Source of the DNA: an uncultured Myxococcales bacterium
Lineage (GTDB): Bacteria > Myxococcota_A > Polyangia > Fen-1088
Assembly: GCA_964431675.1 (NCBI GenBank)
Contig: CAYSKR010000076.1
Coordinates: 1 to 56,617, forward strand
Length of the DNA: 56,617 bases
Direction of reading: 5' to 3'
Part shown: positions 44,642 through 55,114 of the stretch, one piece after another
How positions within the stretch are numbered: the first letter of the stretch is position 1
Layout of the letters: every line of letters starts with the position of its first letter
Program-made: the position numbers and the translations under genes
Notes under the pieces: generated by a model
Told to the model about the DNA's origin: nothing
Database searches by the model: none
Seen by the model: the letters and a program-made list of their open reading frames with translations, nothing else

Positions 44642-47317
44642 CTAGTGGGCGTCGCTCCAGGTACGACCAGAGCCCACGTCCACCACGAGTGGAACTTTCA
44701 ACGCGGCGACGTTTTCCATCTCGGCCTTGACCCATGACGAGAAGGCAGGGACGTCGCCGTCATGCACCTCGAAGATCAACTCGTCGTGGATCGTGAGCAA
44801 AAAGCGTGCGTCCTTCCAGCGGGACAGCCCGGCATCGACCCTGATCATGGCCATCTTCAACAGATCGGCCGCGGTGCCTTGAATCGGAGTGTTGCGCGCG
44901 ATGCGCTCGCCGTGCGCGCGTTCTGGTGCCCGCGACGAACGCAATTCCGGAATCGGACGCCGGCGGCCAAACAGAGTTGAGACGCTGCCTGCCGTGCGCG
45001 CGGCTGCGATGGACTGCTCCATGTAGCGACGCACCCCGGAATACCGCCCGAAATAGCTGTCGATGTACACCCGGGCCTGCGCGCGGGGGATGCGGAGCGC
45101 CTGGGCAAGGCCAAAGTCGGTCTGGCCGAACACGAGCCCGAAATTGATCGCCTTGGCGACTCGACGTTGCTCTGGGGTGACCGCCTCATGAGGGACAGCA
45201 AAAATCTCTGCGGCGGTTCGTTGATGGATGTCTTGCCCAGAACGAAACGCCTCCAAGAACGCCGGGTCTTCCGAGAAATGCGCGAGGACCCTGAGTTCGA
45301 TCTGTGAGTAGTCCGCGGAAACCAGGAGAAAACCTGGGTCGGCGACGAATGCCTGCCGGATGCGCCGACCCAAGGCAGAGCGGATGGGGATGTTCTGCAG
45401 GTTGGGATCGCTCGACGAAAGGCGGCCCGTCGCGGCCACCGCCTGGTGAAACGTGGTGTGTAGCCTTCCCGTTGCCGGATGGACCAGCCCGGGAAGCGCG
45501 TCAATGTACGTGCCGCGAAGCTTGGTGAGCATGCGGTACTCGACGATTTTCGCCGGGACAGGATGAAGCGCGGCGAGTTCCTCCAGAACGTCCACGTCGG
45601 TGGACGCACCGGTTTTCGTCTTGCGAACGATGGGCAGACCAAGCTTGCCGAAAAGGATATCGGCGAGTTGCTTGGGCGATGCGATGTTGAACGACGTACC
45701 CGCCATGTGCTGGATCTCGGCTTCGAGGGTCGCAATGGTGTGGGAGACTTCCTGGCCGATCTCGCGCAGGACCGTCACATCGAGTCGAATGCCGTTGTGT
45801 TCGAGCCGAGCGAGCACGTGGCACAGGGGGATCTCGACGTCGCGGTACAGGGAGGTGAGGCCGGCGGTTTCGAGCGCTTGGCGGTGTTTCTCGCCAAGCT
45901 GCAGGGAAGCAAAAGCTTCACGTCCCAGCGGTGTCGCCGCAAGGGCGGGCTCCACGTCGCAAGACTCCCGCTCGTTTTTGCCAGTTCCAAGCCAGGCAGC
46001 GCGCGCCGGGGGCGCAGCGAAACCGAGGGATTGCGCGAGCACATCCAGATCGTGGCGGTCAGAAGAGGGGTCAAGAACGTAAGCGGCGAGCAAGGGATCT
46101 GAAGCCAGGCCAACGAGCGAGAATCCTGCGTTCAGGAGCGGCAATTCGAGCGACTTGGCCGCGTGGACGTACTTCCCGGGCCGCTGCGCGCCAAGCACAG
46201 GAGCCAGGATGGCCAAGGCTTCCGCCTCGCGCAGCGAAACGGGAGCACCAAGGACGCGGTGGCCCAGGGGAATGTACCAGCGTCGGCCATCGGCGATCGC
46301 GAACGCCAGGCCAACGATGACTGGCAAGGAGCCGCGCGCGCGGTGGGTCAGCACCGCGACACCCACACCATCGGTCTGACCAAGAACAGACACGAGATCT
46401 TCAAGCGCACCGCGGCCGGACACCATTTCCACGGGTTGCTCTGCTGCGACCTGTGGTGTGGGCGTCTGCCCTGCTTGCACCTCGGCCAAAAGTCGGGTGA
46501 ATTCAAACTCGCGAAACAGGGCAGCGAGATGATCGGCATCAGGGTCGGATCGGCGCAACTCGTTCAGGGTCCGAGGCAGTGGCACGTCTTCCTTCAGTTG
46601 CACGAGGCGACGTGAGAGCAACGCAGACTCACGTCCGACCACAAGCGCCTCACCCTTCTTGCCCTTGATTTCGCCCGCACGGGCCAACAATTCATCGAGA
46701 GATCCATACTTGTTGATGTACTCGGCCGCGGTTTTGGGACCGACGCCAGGGACGCCAGGGACGTTGTCGACGCTGTCGCCCATCAACGCCAACACGTCCC
46801 CCACCTTGTCGGGCGCGACACCGAACTTCTCGTGGACTTCCTGGGGCCCGAGGAAACGGTTTTTCATCGTGTCGAGGACCGAGATGCCGCCGCCGACAAG
46901 TTGCAGGAGATCCTTGTCCGACGAGCAGATGACGACCTTCACCCCGGCGGCATCGGCCTGCCGAGCCAACGTGGCGATCACGTCGTCGGCCTCCACGCCT
47001 GGCACCGACAGGACCGGCAGTCCGAACGCGGCGATAACCTTTTCGACCAGGGGAATTTGCTGCGCCAGCTCGGGCGGCATCGGGGGGCGATGCGCTTTGT
47101 ACTCGGGGTACATCGCATCGCGGAAGGTCTTGCCAGGGGCATCGAGAACCAGGCAGATGTGCGTGGGTCGCTCGCTCCGCTCGATGCGAAAAAGCATCTG
47201 GCACATCCCGTAGATGGCTCCCGTGGGGATCCCGGTCGTGGTCTGCAGCGGCGGCATCGCGTGAAACGCCCGGTACAGGTAGTTCAGGGCGTCGATGATG
47301 TAGAGGCTGCCTTCCAT
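44642..47317 (-). CDS. polA: DNA polymerase I
   Basis: 891 aa. 5'-nuclease N-terminus (LYIIDALNYLYRAFHA), polymerase motifs DYSQIELRVLAH, RRVAKAINFGLVFG, QGTAADL, HDELIFE. Confidence 0.97.
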   Translation of the reverse strand: MEGSLYIIDALNYLYRAFHAMPPLQTTTGIPTGAIYGMCQMLFRIERSERPTHICLVLDAPGKTFRDAMYPEYKAHRPPMPPELAQQIPLVEKVIAAFGLPVLSVPGVEADDVIATLARQADAAGVKVVICSSDKDLLQLVGGGISVLDTMKNRFLGPQEVHEKFGVAPDKVGDVLALMGDSVDNVPGVPGVGPKTAAEYINKYGSLDELLARAGEIKGKKGEALVVGRESALLSRRLVQLKEDVPLPRTLNELRRSDPDADHLAALFREFEFTRLLAEVQAGQTPTPQVAAEQPVEMVSGRGALEDLVSVLGQTDGVGVAVLTHRARGSLPVIVGLAFAIADGRRWYIPLGHRVLGAPVSLREAEALAILAPVLGAQRPGKYVHAAKSLELPLLNAGFSLVGLASDPLLAAYVLDPSSDRHDLDVLAQSLGFAAPPARAAWLGTGKNERESCDVEPALAATPLGREAFASLQLGEKHRQALETAGLTSLYRDVEIPLCHVLARLEHNGIRLDVTVLREIGQEVSHTIATLEAEIQHMAGTSFNIASPKQLADILFGKLGLPIVRKTKTGASTDVDVLEELAALHPVPAKIVEYRMLTKLRGTYIDALPGLVHPATGRLHTTFHQAVAATGRLSSSDPNLQNIPIRSALGRRIRQAFVADPGFLLVSADYSQIELRVLAHFSEDPAFLEAFRSGQDIHQRTAAEIFAVPHEAVTPEQRRVAKAINFGLVFGQTDFGLAQALRIPRAQARVYIDSYFGRYSGVRRYMEQSIAAARTAGSVSTLFGRRRPIPELRSSRAPERAHGERIARNTPIQGTAADLLKMAMIRVDAGLSRWKDARFLLTIHDELIFEVHDGDVPAFSSWVKAEMENVAALKVPLVVDVGSGRTWSDAH

Positions 47318-47371
47318 GCCAAGGTGAAGTTACTACGTTCACGCCGCGTTCGGGGTTAGGCTTGCAGGCGC

Positions 47372-50300
47372 GTGCCAGACGAACACCGACGGTGGTCCCT
47401 CCCGGCAAGGATCCTGCTGATCGGATCCGTCGCCGTTCTGATGTTGGTGCTGACGGCTGCTCTCGCGGCGGTCGGGTTGCTGCGAGGCGAGCGTCTTGGA
47501 CGACTGGTCACTGCCCAGCTTGGCGGCCTGCGGGGGAGTGTCCACGTCGGAGCCATTCACTGGCAGCCGCGGCTGTTTCTTGATCTTCTGACCAACGCGC
47601 CGACGCCGATCGCGCTCGACGACGTCGTGATCAAAGATCCCGATGGGGTCGACGTCCTGCGCACGGCCCACCTTGAAGTCAAGCTGCCACTGCGTTCAGC
47701 CATCAAACAACAGGTCGCGCTGCACGATCTGAAAATCGGGAGCGGTTCACGGTGGCGATTCGCGGACACCAAGGACGGGAAAGACATTGGCTTTCTCGCG
47801 GCGTTCGCACCCAGGGAGACGCCCTCGCCCGCAGCCACCCCGGAAGAATCGAGCGGCGGGTTCTCCATGCGCATCGTCAATGCCGATCTCGATGGCCTCA
47901 CGGCAACGTTCGATTTTCCAGGGGCCTGGGGGTTGCAACTGCGCGATGTCAAAGGCACGGCGACGTTTGTTCTGGAGGGTGGCTTTGTGGGCTGGGACGC
48001 CCGCAACTTGCGGGCTCCCGGCGGCGGTTTCCTGCGCATCCTGAATGAGATCCTGCCCTTCGATGAGGTGGCCATCAACCGGGTTGCGACCACCCGCGAA
48101 TGGCCGAACGACATCTTTCTTGAAGTGGCGTCGGCGCGAACGGGCGCTTCGACCCTGACGGGCAAAGGTTTTTTCAACGGCATCTACGACTATGCCGGCT
48201 CCAGGCAGCCCCCAGGGATCGCGATGCACGTCGAGTTCTCTAATGCATCGGATGCTCTCCGTGCGATCGCCGCCCGACACAACATACCGGGCCTGCGTAT
48301 CGCCGGAGAAAAGGCGTCCATCGCCGCGGATCTGAGCGCGCCGTTTTCGCACCTCAAGATCGACGGGCGCATCTCGGCCCTGGATGTCGGTTTCGGAAAG
48401 TACGAAGCGCGCGACCTCGGGACGGCTTTTGCCGTCGGGAGCTCGCCGCTCAGCGTAGGGTTGCGCAACTTCGGCGTGTCGGCCCCGGATGGCGGCCGCT
48501 TTCATCTCAACGCGCTTTTGTCCGGCGGGCCGTCGGGTACGCCGGAACTGACGGCCGAGGCCGCCTTCGAACATTTCGCGACGTCGAGCTACCTGCCCCC
48601 CGAACTGAAACGCTACCTCGCTGGCACCCTTGAGGGGCGCGCAGAATTGACCGCCGATCTCGGTCGCCAAACCGCGTCGGTCAAGAAGATCGACCTCACG
48701 TTGCGCAGGACGCGGGCCGCGAATCTGCCCTCCCGCGTCCACATCCGGGGACAAGTGAGTGGTTCTCCACAACGTGTCGCCACCGACGGACTCTCCATTG
48801 ACGTGCCGGGCGCCACGGCTCGAATTCGCGGCGGACTCGATCTTGCGCGGCGCCTTGTCGAGGTTGCGCTGCGTTTGTCGTCCAGCGACACCTCGCGCCT
48901 TTTTCGAGGCATGGGCGCCCCTCCCATCGCTGGCTCCGCCGCGCTTTCGCTGCAGGTTTCGGGAGCCGTCGATGGCCCACGGGCACAGGGAGACCTCCTC
49001 GTGCAAAACGTCAAGATGCCTGGCGCACCCGAGGTGAAGGACCTGCGCGCCAGGGTGTCGCTTCGCGATGGGACCGTCGGGGTGAACGAGCTCTCGGTTT
49101 CGGCCCTCGGCGGAAATCTGAACGGCAACGGTGCCGTCCGCCTGTGGCAGGGAACGATCGGCCACATGTTGCGTACACCTGTCATCGACTTCCAGATCGA
49201 CGGCAACCAGATCGACCTGGGAACCGTCATCGCGAACGCCGCCGTGACCGGACGATTGTCGTTCGTCGCAAGCGGCCGGGGAACGCCTCAGACTTTGCGA
49301 CTGCGCGTCCAGATGCCGCCGGGAGCAAAGCTTACGATCATGGGCGAGGGATGGGCCGTTGGGGGCCTCGACGTCGAGGCGAATCGCAAGGGGCTGGTGG
49401 TCACCATGGCCAGCTTGTCGGGCGATGCTGGGGGCCAGATCGAACTGTCGGGTGAGATGGCGTGGGCCGGTCCACTTGCGTGGCATCTGGTGCTTCGCGG
49501 GATACCGATCGAGACCTTGCCAGGGGTGGACAAGGCCGCGCTCGCGGGGTGGCCCATCCGTGGCCGTCTGGGTGCCGATCTGCATGTTGGCGGCAGCTTG
49601 AAGGTTCCAATCTTGCGTGGCGAGATAGCCTTGTCCGAGGTGTTTCTGCGCGACGTTGCGCTGGGCGGCGGGAAGCTTGCCTTCACATCGGACGCTCCCG
49701 GGGAGTTGGCCCTGTCCGGTCAACTGTTCAACCGCCTGCGCCTCCTGGCAACCGCGAGCCTGGGAGGGGTCACTAAACAGGCGACCGCGACCCTGGCGTT
49801 CGACCGCCTCGTGGCCGAGGACTTTCTGCCCGAGTTGCGGGCTCAGGGCGCGCACGCCGAAGTCGCGGGCAAGATCAAGGTCGACTGGACCGCCGGACAG
49901 TCCTTGCGCACGGAGGTCACGCTGGACAACTTCGCAGTGGCGCTCCTTCGCACCGCGAGCGGCGACGCCGGAAGATCGGATGCGGACGAAAACATCGAAT
50001 TGCATTCAGCCGGACCACTGCACGCCACGGTCATTGGATTGGGAGATCACATCTCCCTCGACGAGGCGCGTTTTGTCACCCAGGGAGGCGAGCTGAGATT
50101 GCACGGCAGCAAGGTTGCCGACGCTCTTGCCGCCTCGGCCGTCGGCCACCTGGATATGGATCTGCTGTTGCCCGTCGTTCGCCCTTTCGCGCGCCAAGCC
50201 GTGCAACTCGATGCCCTCACCGGTGAACTTGCCGTTCAGGTTGCGCTGTCGGGGACTACCGGGCATCCACGGATCGAGGGTGTGCTCGCGGTCGCGCGTC

Positions 50301-51916
50301 CGGTGAAGGCGAAACTGCACGGCCTTGAATCGGAAATCGGCCTGTCCTCGGGCACCATCCGCGTGGCCGAAGGCGTCGTGTCTCTAAACAATCTGGGGAT
50401 CACCGCCAACGATGCCACGCTTTCCCTTGGTGGCTCGGCGCGCTTTGATCCGCAGTGGTTGCCTCTCAGCTTCGACGTTTCCGCCACCGGGGACGTCGAC
50501 ATGAAGATCCTGACTCAACTGCAACCAGGCGCGGTCGATGAATCGAGCGGCCGGGTACACGTCGTCGCCCACCTCGGAGGAACACCTGTCGCACCCGATC
50601 TGTCGGCAAAGATCGGGATCGATCACGTCGGGCTCCGACCTCGCGCGCTCGGCCGTGACCTGATGTTTGAAAGCGGATCGATAGATCTGACCTCGCGGGA
50701 GTTGACCCTCAGTGACATTCGAACTGTGGTCGATGGCGAGGGGCTCCTTGTCATTGGCGGCGGCGGACGGGTCGGCCGGGTCGAGATCAAGAGCCTCTTC
50801 CCCGCACTGAAGTTCGGGGCGATGCGCTTGCCGCTGCGCGGGGAACGGCTCGGCTATCACGTTCGTGACGTTCTGGAGATTGATGACCTCCGACTCGCGC
50901 TCGACCTGCTCGGCAGTCCGGCGGAAGGATTGCAACTGCGGGGAGAAGTGACCATCGCTGCGGGCCGATACGTTCAGGATTTTACGGTCAACAACCTGGT
51001 CATTGCGCCGAGAACCAACGAGAGTCCCGTCCGGCCGTTCTACGACGGGGAGCCATTGCTCGAAAACCTTGCGCTGGATCTGCGCGTGCGCACCATTGGC
51101 GACAGCTTCGTGGTGCAAAACAATCTGGCACCGGAGTTGTACGCCGTTCTTGATCTTCATGTCAGCGGGACGGCGACGTCGCCACGGCTGGCCGGTGACG
51201 TACGGCCCACCAACGGTCGCTTTCACATTTTCGGACTGCGCGGCCATTTCGATCTCGTGCCGAACGTGAACCACGTGACGTTCGTCAACACAAAGTCGAT
51301 CGCGAGGGGAGCAACGCCCGAACTCAATCTCGAGGCCCGCAGCCTGATCACGGACTCGATCGGGAAGGAACACGGCGTCAGCATGCGCATTCACGGCCCG
51401 ATAGGCCTGGCGACCATCGATCTGTCGACGGACGAGGGCCTGGATCGGAACCAGACCATGGTCTTACTCTTGTCAGGCCGAACCACTGAATCGACCGCTG
51501 GCTTTGGCAGCAACAACCCAACCGTCGGAGCCAACGTGAGAACGGGGACGGACGTCATGGGGCAGGTCACCAGAGACAGCGTTGGGAGCCTGATCGAGCC
51601 CTACATTGACGACACGCTGCAGCTCCTCACGGGCCGCCGCTTCAACCTGAGACCCACCGTGGGCGCGGACGGCTTCGAGCTAAGGCTCGGTGCCCACATG
51701 AGTCGGCAGTTGCAACTGCAGCTCAGTTACCTGCACGGGTTTCAGAACCAGCAACGCTACCGCGGCGAGTTGAGCGTGTGGATGACGGACTACTTTGCCC
51801 TGCGAGGCATCGGCGAAAAGCTGACGCTGTCGCCGCAGCAGGGAATCGTTGAGGACTTCAGCTCGCTGCGCGGAGAACTGACCATCGACTTCCCCCTGCG
51901 ATTCGACCTTCCGTAG
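47372..51916 (+). CDS. tamB: translocation and assembly module protein TamB-like (DUF490 C-terminus)
   Basis: 1514 aa. Single N-terminal TM anchor (ILLIGSVAVLMLVLTAALAAVGLL), long beta-rich body, C-terminal FELRLGAHMSRQLQLQLSY...YFALRGIGE segment typical of TamB/DUF490. Confidence 0.8.
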   Translation: MPDEHRRWSLPARILLIGSVAVLMLVLTAALAAVGLLRGERLGRLVTAQLGGLRGSVHVGAIHWQPRLFLDLLTNAPTPIALDDVVIKDPDGVDVLRTAHLEVKLPLRSAIKQQVALHDLKIGSGSRWRFADTKDGKDIGFLAAFAPRETPSPAATPEESSGGFSMRIVNADLDGLTATFDFPGAWGLQLRDVKGTATFVLEGGFVGWDARNLRAPGGGFLRILNEILPFDEVAINRVATTREWPNDIFLEVASARTGASTLTGKGFFNGIYDYAGSRQPPGIAMHVEFSNASDALRAIAARHNIPGLRIAGEKASIAADLSAPFSHLKIDGRISALDVGFGKYEARDLGTAFAVGSSPLSVGLRNFGVSAPDGGRFHLNALLSGGPSGTPELTAEAAFEHFATSSYLPPELKRYLAGTLEGRAELTADLGRQTASVKKIDLTLRRTRAANLPSRVHIRGQVSGSPQRVATDGLSIDVPGATARIRGGLDLARRLVEVALRLSSSDTSRLFRGMGAPPIAGSAALSLQVSGAVDGPRAQGDLLVQNVKMPGAPEVKDLRARVSLRDGTVGVNELSVSALGGNLNGNGAVRLWQGTIGHMLRTPVIDFQIDGNQIDLGTVIANAAVTGRLSFVASGRGTPQTLRLRVQMPPGAKLTIMGEGWAVGGLDVEANRKGLVVTMASLSGDAGGQIELSGEMAWAGPLAWHLVLRGIPIETLPGVDKAALAGWPIRGRLGADLHVGGSLKVPILRGEIALSEVFLRDVALGGGKLAFTSDAPGELALSGQLFNRLRLLATASLGGVTKQATATLAFDRLVAEDFLPELRAQGAHAEVAGKIKVDWTAGQSLRTEVTLDNFAVALLRTASGDAGRSDADENIELHSAGPLHATVIGLGDHISLDEARFVTQGGELRLHGSKVADALAASAVGHLDMDLLLPVVRPFARQAVQLDALTGELAVQVALSGTTGHPRIEGVLAVARPVKAKLHGLESEIGLSSGTIRVAEGVVSLNNLGITANDATLSLGGSARFDPQWLPLSFDVSATGDVDMKILTQLQPGAVDESSGRVHVVAHLGGTPVAPDLSAKIGIDHVGLRPRALGRDLMFESGSIDLTSRELTLSDIRTVVDGEGLLVIGGGGRVGRVEIKSLFPALKFGAMRLPLRGERLGYHVRDVLEIDDLRLALDLLGSPAEGLQLRGEVTIAAGRYVQDFTVNNLVIAPRTNESPVRPFYDGEPLLENLALDLRVRTIGDSFVVQNNLAPELYAVLDLHVSGTATSPRLAGDVRPTNGRFHIFGLRGHFDLVPNVNHVTFVNTKSIARGATPELNLEARSLITDSIGKEHGVSMRIHGPIGLATIDLSTDEGLDRNQTMVLLLSGRTTESTAGFGSNNPTVGANVRTGTDVMGQVTRDSVGSLIEPYIDDTLQLLTGRRFNLRPTVGADGFELRLGAHMSRQLQLQLSYLHGFQNQQRYRGELSVWMTDYFALRGIGEKLTLSPQQGIVEDFSSLRGELTIDFPLRFDLP

Positions 51917-51934
51917 GATACTCTGCATCGGCTC

Positions 51935-54900
51935 GTGCCCAGGACTTCCACGCTCTTGTTGACCCTGGTGCTGACGGGATCGTCGGTGCTGGGGGCGGAC
52001 CGAATCGCGCGTTCGCAAAGTATTGATCTGCGACCTGCACTGATCAGCGCCATCGCGATCGACGGAAGCATCGACCCCGCAGGGCAGCTTGAGGAATTGA
52101 TCGCATCGCTTCTCCCCCTGGGCTCTCCTTTTCTGGTCCCCGGTGACGTGGACATGGTCGGCACCCCTGTGGATACCGTGTCGCGGCTGCGCCATGCGCT
52201 GGAACGCCTTGGCTATGACGCGACCGTGGACGTTCTTTCCGCAAGTGGTCAAACAAGCGCCGACGCTGGCGTGCGCCTGGCAATTCATGTTCGCGCCCGG
52301 GATCGAATTCGGCAGATCTTCGTCACCGGGAACTGGCCCCTGCGTCAGGAGGAAGTTCTGCGGCGAATATCCCTGCGGCCTGGTGGGGCTCTGCCCGCGC
52401 CCGGGCCAGAGCGGGACGGTCGCCTGGAGCGCGAGCGTCAGAGTGTTCTGGCCTTCCTGCAAAGTCAGGGTTACCGCGAGGCTGCGGTCAAGCTGGAACT
52501 TGCCGAAACGAAGAGCTCGCCGGCCGAGATTCACTTGACGGTCCGGGTGAAGTTAGGCCCGGCCTTCCCGCTTGGTCCGGTGCAGGTTTTCGGCAATCAG
52601 GCGATGAGCGCGGACGACATCGCGGAACACCTCAGGCATTCGGAGTGGCGCACCTTGTGGTTGCGGCCCGCGCCATTCTCCCAGTCCGTCCTTCGGAAAG
52701 ACGTCGCGCTCACCGTGCAGAACTACAAGGAGCTTGGATACCCAGCAGCGCGGCTGACGGTTGCGCCACCCACGGTCGACCCCGTTCGCAAACACGTGGG
52801 CCTGACGATCAGCGTTCGAGAAAACAAGCGCCTCGTGATCGCTTTCGAGGGAAATAGCCGCTTTGGCGACTCGACCCTTGCAGATGTTCTGACCTTCGCG
52901 TCGCACGGTGCCTACAACGCGTACGAAATCGAAGCGAGTTCCAGGGCACTGGTGGCCTTTTACCGTCAAAGGGGACAACTGCTTGTCAAGGTCAAGGTCA
53001 GGAAGGAACCACTCTCGCCCGACACCGATCGGCTTGTGTTCGTGATCCACGAAGGACCGGTATTGAAGGTTCGCAGCGTGACGATCATCGGCAACCGCTC
53101 GGTCGCAACGGATGAACTTGCCGCGCACCTGAGGACCAAGGTATTCCCGACCCTGGGCGTCATTGGACTTGGAGAGGGTGGCTACACATCACAGATCCAG
53201 TTGGGGCAGGACGTGGAACTCCTCACTGATTTTCTTCGGGAGCAAGGCTACCAGGATGCGACCGTGCGCTGTGAATTCGGGCCTACCCCCACGAGTCTCA
53301 CGCCGCTCCCGGCACCATCGCCGGAATCCGGGGCCACGGCGGAGACGGCGTTCGTCGACGAGGTGGCCTGGCGCCGCACGGGTGAGGTGCACGCCCGCTT
53401 TGTCATCGATGAAGGTCCGCTCGTTTCCACGGATGCCATCCGTTTTTCTCCGCTCGACACGCCCGCCCCCTACAGCGACCAATTCCTGTTTGAGTCTTTG
53501 CGGCTACGGCGTGGCGCGCCCTTCCGACCAACCCTTGTAAAGGAGGACGGCGCGCACCTGCGGCGCCTGCTCGGTGATGTCGGCTATCCCAACGCCACCG
53601 TCGACCCACAGCCCGTGCGCGTCGGAAACTCGATGATCCTTACTTGGCAGATCAAGCTGGGCCGCCGCGTACGCGTGGGCCCGGTCTTCATCCGCGGGAA
53701 TTTCCTGACTCGCCCGCGGACGATTCTTCAGTGGATCCCGATGCGCCCTGGCAATACCTACACGACGAGCGCGTTCGAGCGCGCACAGCGCAACCTGGCG
53801 CTAAACCAACTCTTCACCAACGCGGCCCCCTTGTCCTTTCCCGACGACGGCACTCCGGATGGCACGGTGCCAATGGTCATCAACGTCGAAGAACGCCACG
53901 ATCACTGGGGCGTGCTTCACGTGGGTGCAGGAGCGTCGACCGAACAAGTGGCCCCGAATTCCAGCCTGCCCCTTGGCATCTATGGATCCGTCGGCCACGA
54001 GCACCGCAACCTGTTCGGACTCGGCTGGACGTTCCAATCTCGTGCCGAGGTCGGCAACACCCTCGCCAGAGCGACGGCGAACTTCCTCGAACCACGATTC
54101 CTCACCTCGTATTTTCGCCTCGAGGTTCTTGGAACCTATCTGCGGCAATCCACGGCTCGCCTGGGTGACCTCCGATCGGGCAGCGGTTCAATCGGCTTCG
54201 CTCGCGAACTCGCACCGAGGCTGGACGCAGCCCTGCGGTACAACGTGCGCAACACGTACCGCACGGAACCGCTTCTGCGCGACGCCGGCCCCGACGAAGA
54301 TCTCCAGGCGGTGCGCATCGGTACGTTCGCGGCAGGGCCGACTTTGTCCCTTGAGTGGTTGCGGCTCGACAACCCCTTGCTGCCAACGCGAGGTTTCAAA
54401 ATACAGGGCAGCATTGAACTCGTCCACCCTGCCTTCTCTGGCGATATTGGCAGAGATGCGTTTGTGAAGACGCACGTCCGCTCCCTCTCGGTCGTGCCCA
54501 TCGCCAGATCACTTGGCCTGCGGCACAGCCTTCGCTACGACCACGGGTTCCCGATGGATGGCGCGTCGGCCCTCCCCAAGGTCGAACGGTTCTTTGCGGG
54601 CGGCGACACCACCATCCGTGGCTTCGAGCTTGATCGGGCCAGGGCCGAGATCGTCCGCTCGCCGAGCGCAAGTCCAGGTCTCGGCACGGTCGAGTACCGG
54701 CCCCTCGGCGGCACAGTTCGCATCCTGCACAACATCGACATCCAGTTCCCGGTCACCGGACCCTGGTATGGTGCCGTGTTCCTGGATAGCGCTCTGCTGG
54801 TTGATTCCTTCGACGGAGTCAATCTGCGCCAGTTCCGGCATGGCGTCGGCGTGTCCCCGTTGTTGCTGCGGCTTCCGATCGGCGACATCAGCATCTCCTG

Positions 54901-54976
54901 GGGCTGGCCGCTCGATCCGCAGGCCGGGGACTCCCGGATCGGACGCCTTCACTTCAACGTCGGGCTAATGTTCTGA
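51935..54976 (+). CDS. Omp85-family outer-membrane protein (BamA/TamA-like) with multiple POTRA domains
   Basis: 1013 aa. Signal MPRTSTLLLTLVLTGSSVLG, repeated POTRA-like units (IRQIFVTGN, VQVFGNQAMS, IAFEGNSRF, VTIIGNRSV, VFIRGNFLT), C-terminal barrel with ERFFAGGDTTIRGF and terminal LMF. Confidence 0.85.
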   Translation: MPRTSTLLLTLVLTGSSVLGADRIARSQSIDLRPALISAIAIDGSIDPAGQLEELIASLLPLGSPFLVPGDVDMVGTPVDTVSRLRHALERLGYDATVDVLSASGQTSADAGVRLAIHVRARDRIRQIFVTGNWPLRQEEVLRRISLRPGGALPAPGPERDGRLERERQSVLAFLQSQGYREAAVKLELAETKSSPAEIHLTVRVKLGPAFPLGPVQVFGNQAMSADDIAEHLRHSEWRTLWLRPAPFSQSVLRKDVALTVQNYKELGYPAARLTVAPPTVDPVRKHVGLTISVRENKRLVIAFEGNSRFGDSTLADVLTFASHGAYNAYEIEASSRALVAFYRQRGQLLVKVKVRKEPLSPDTDRLVFVIHEGPVLKVRSVTIIGNRSVATDELAAHLRTKVFPTLGVIGLGEGGYTSQIQLGQDVELLTDFLREQGYQDATVRCEFGPTPTSLTPLPAPSPESGATAETAFVDEVAWRRTGEVHARFVIDEGPLVSTDAIRFSPLDTPAPYSDQFLFESLRLRRGAPFRPTLVKEDGAHLRRLLGDVGYPNATVDPQPVRVGNSMILTWQIKLGRRVRVGPVFIRGNFLTRPRTILQWIPMRPGNTYTTSAFERAQRNLALNQLFTNAAPLSFPDDGTPDGTVPMVINVEERHDHWGVLHVGAGASTEQVAPNSSLPLGIYGSVGHEHRNLFGLGWTFQSRAEVGNTLARATANFLEPRFLTSYFRLEVLGTYLRQSTARLGDLRSGSGSIGFARELAPRLDAALRYNVRNTYRTEPLLRDAGPDEDLQAVRIGTFAAGPTLSLEWLRLDNPLLPTRGFKIQGSIELVHPAFSGDIGRDAFVKTHVRSLSVVPIARSLGLRHSLRYDHGFPMDGASALPKVERFFAGGDTTIRGFELDRARAEIVRSPSASPGLGTVEYRPLGGTVRILHNIDIQFPVTGPWYGAVFLDSALLVDSFDGVNLRQFRHGVGVSPLLLRLPIGDISISWGWPLDPQAGDSRIGRLHFNVGLMF

Positions 54977-55114
54977 ATCACGCTTAGGGGCTCGCGGCGG
55001 CCGTCGAAACACCGGTCACGGCTGCCGATACGCGAATTCAAAACCATCGTTTTCAAACCTACCCCATCCTCGCCTTCGTTCGTGTCGGTGGGGCATGTAT
55101 CATCCCGCGTCGCG

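Noticed and set aside
47747-50005. 752-aa minus-strand ORF antisense to tamB. Similar long antisense or out-of-frame ORFs: 1098..2453(-), 11042..12004(-), 12974..13819(-), 19158..20057(-), 32890..34545(+), 35204..35932(+), 36773..37738(-), 50384..51394(-), 55100..56029(-).
   Set aside because: Each lies entirely inside a gene with strong motif support on the other strand or frame. Their translations are Arg/Ala/Gly/Pro-rich low-complexity strings, as expected from stop-codon depletion in high-GC DNA.
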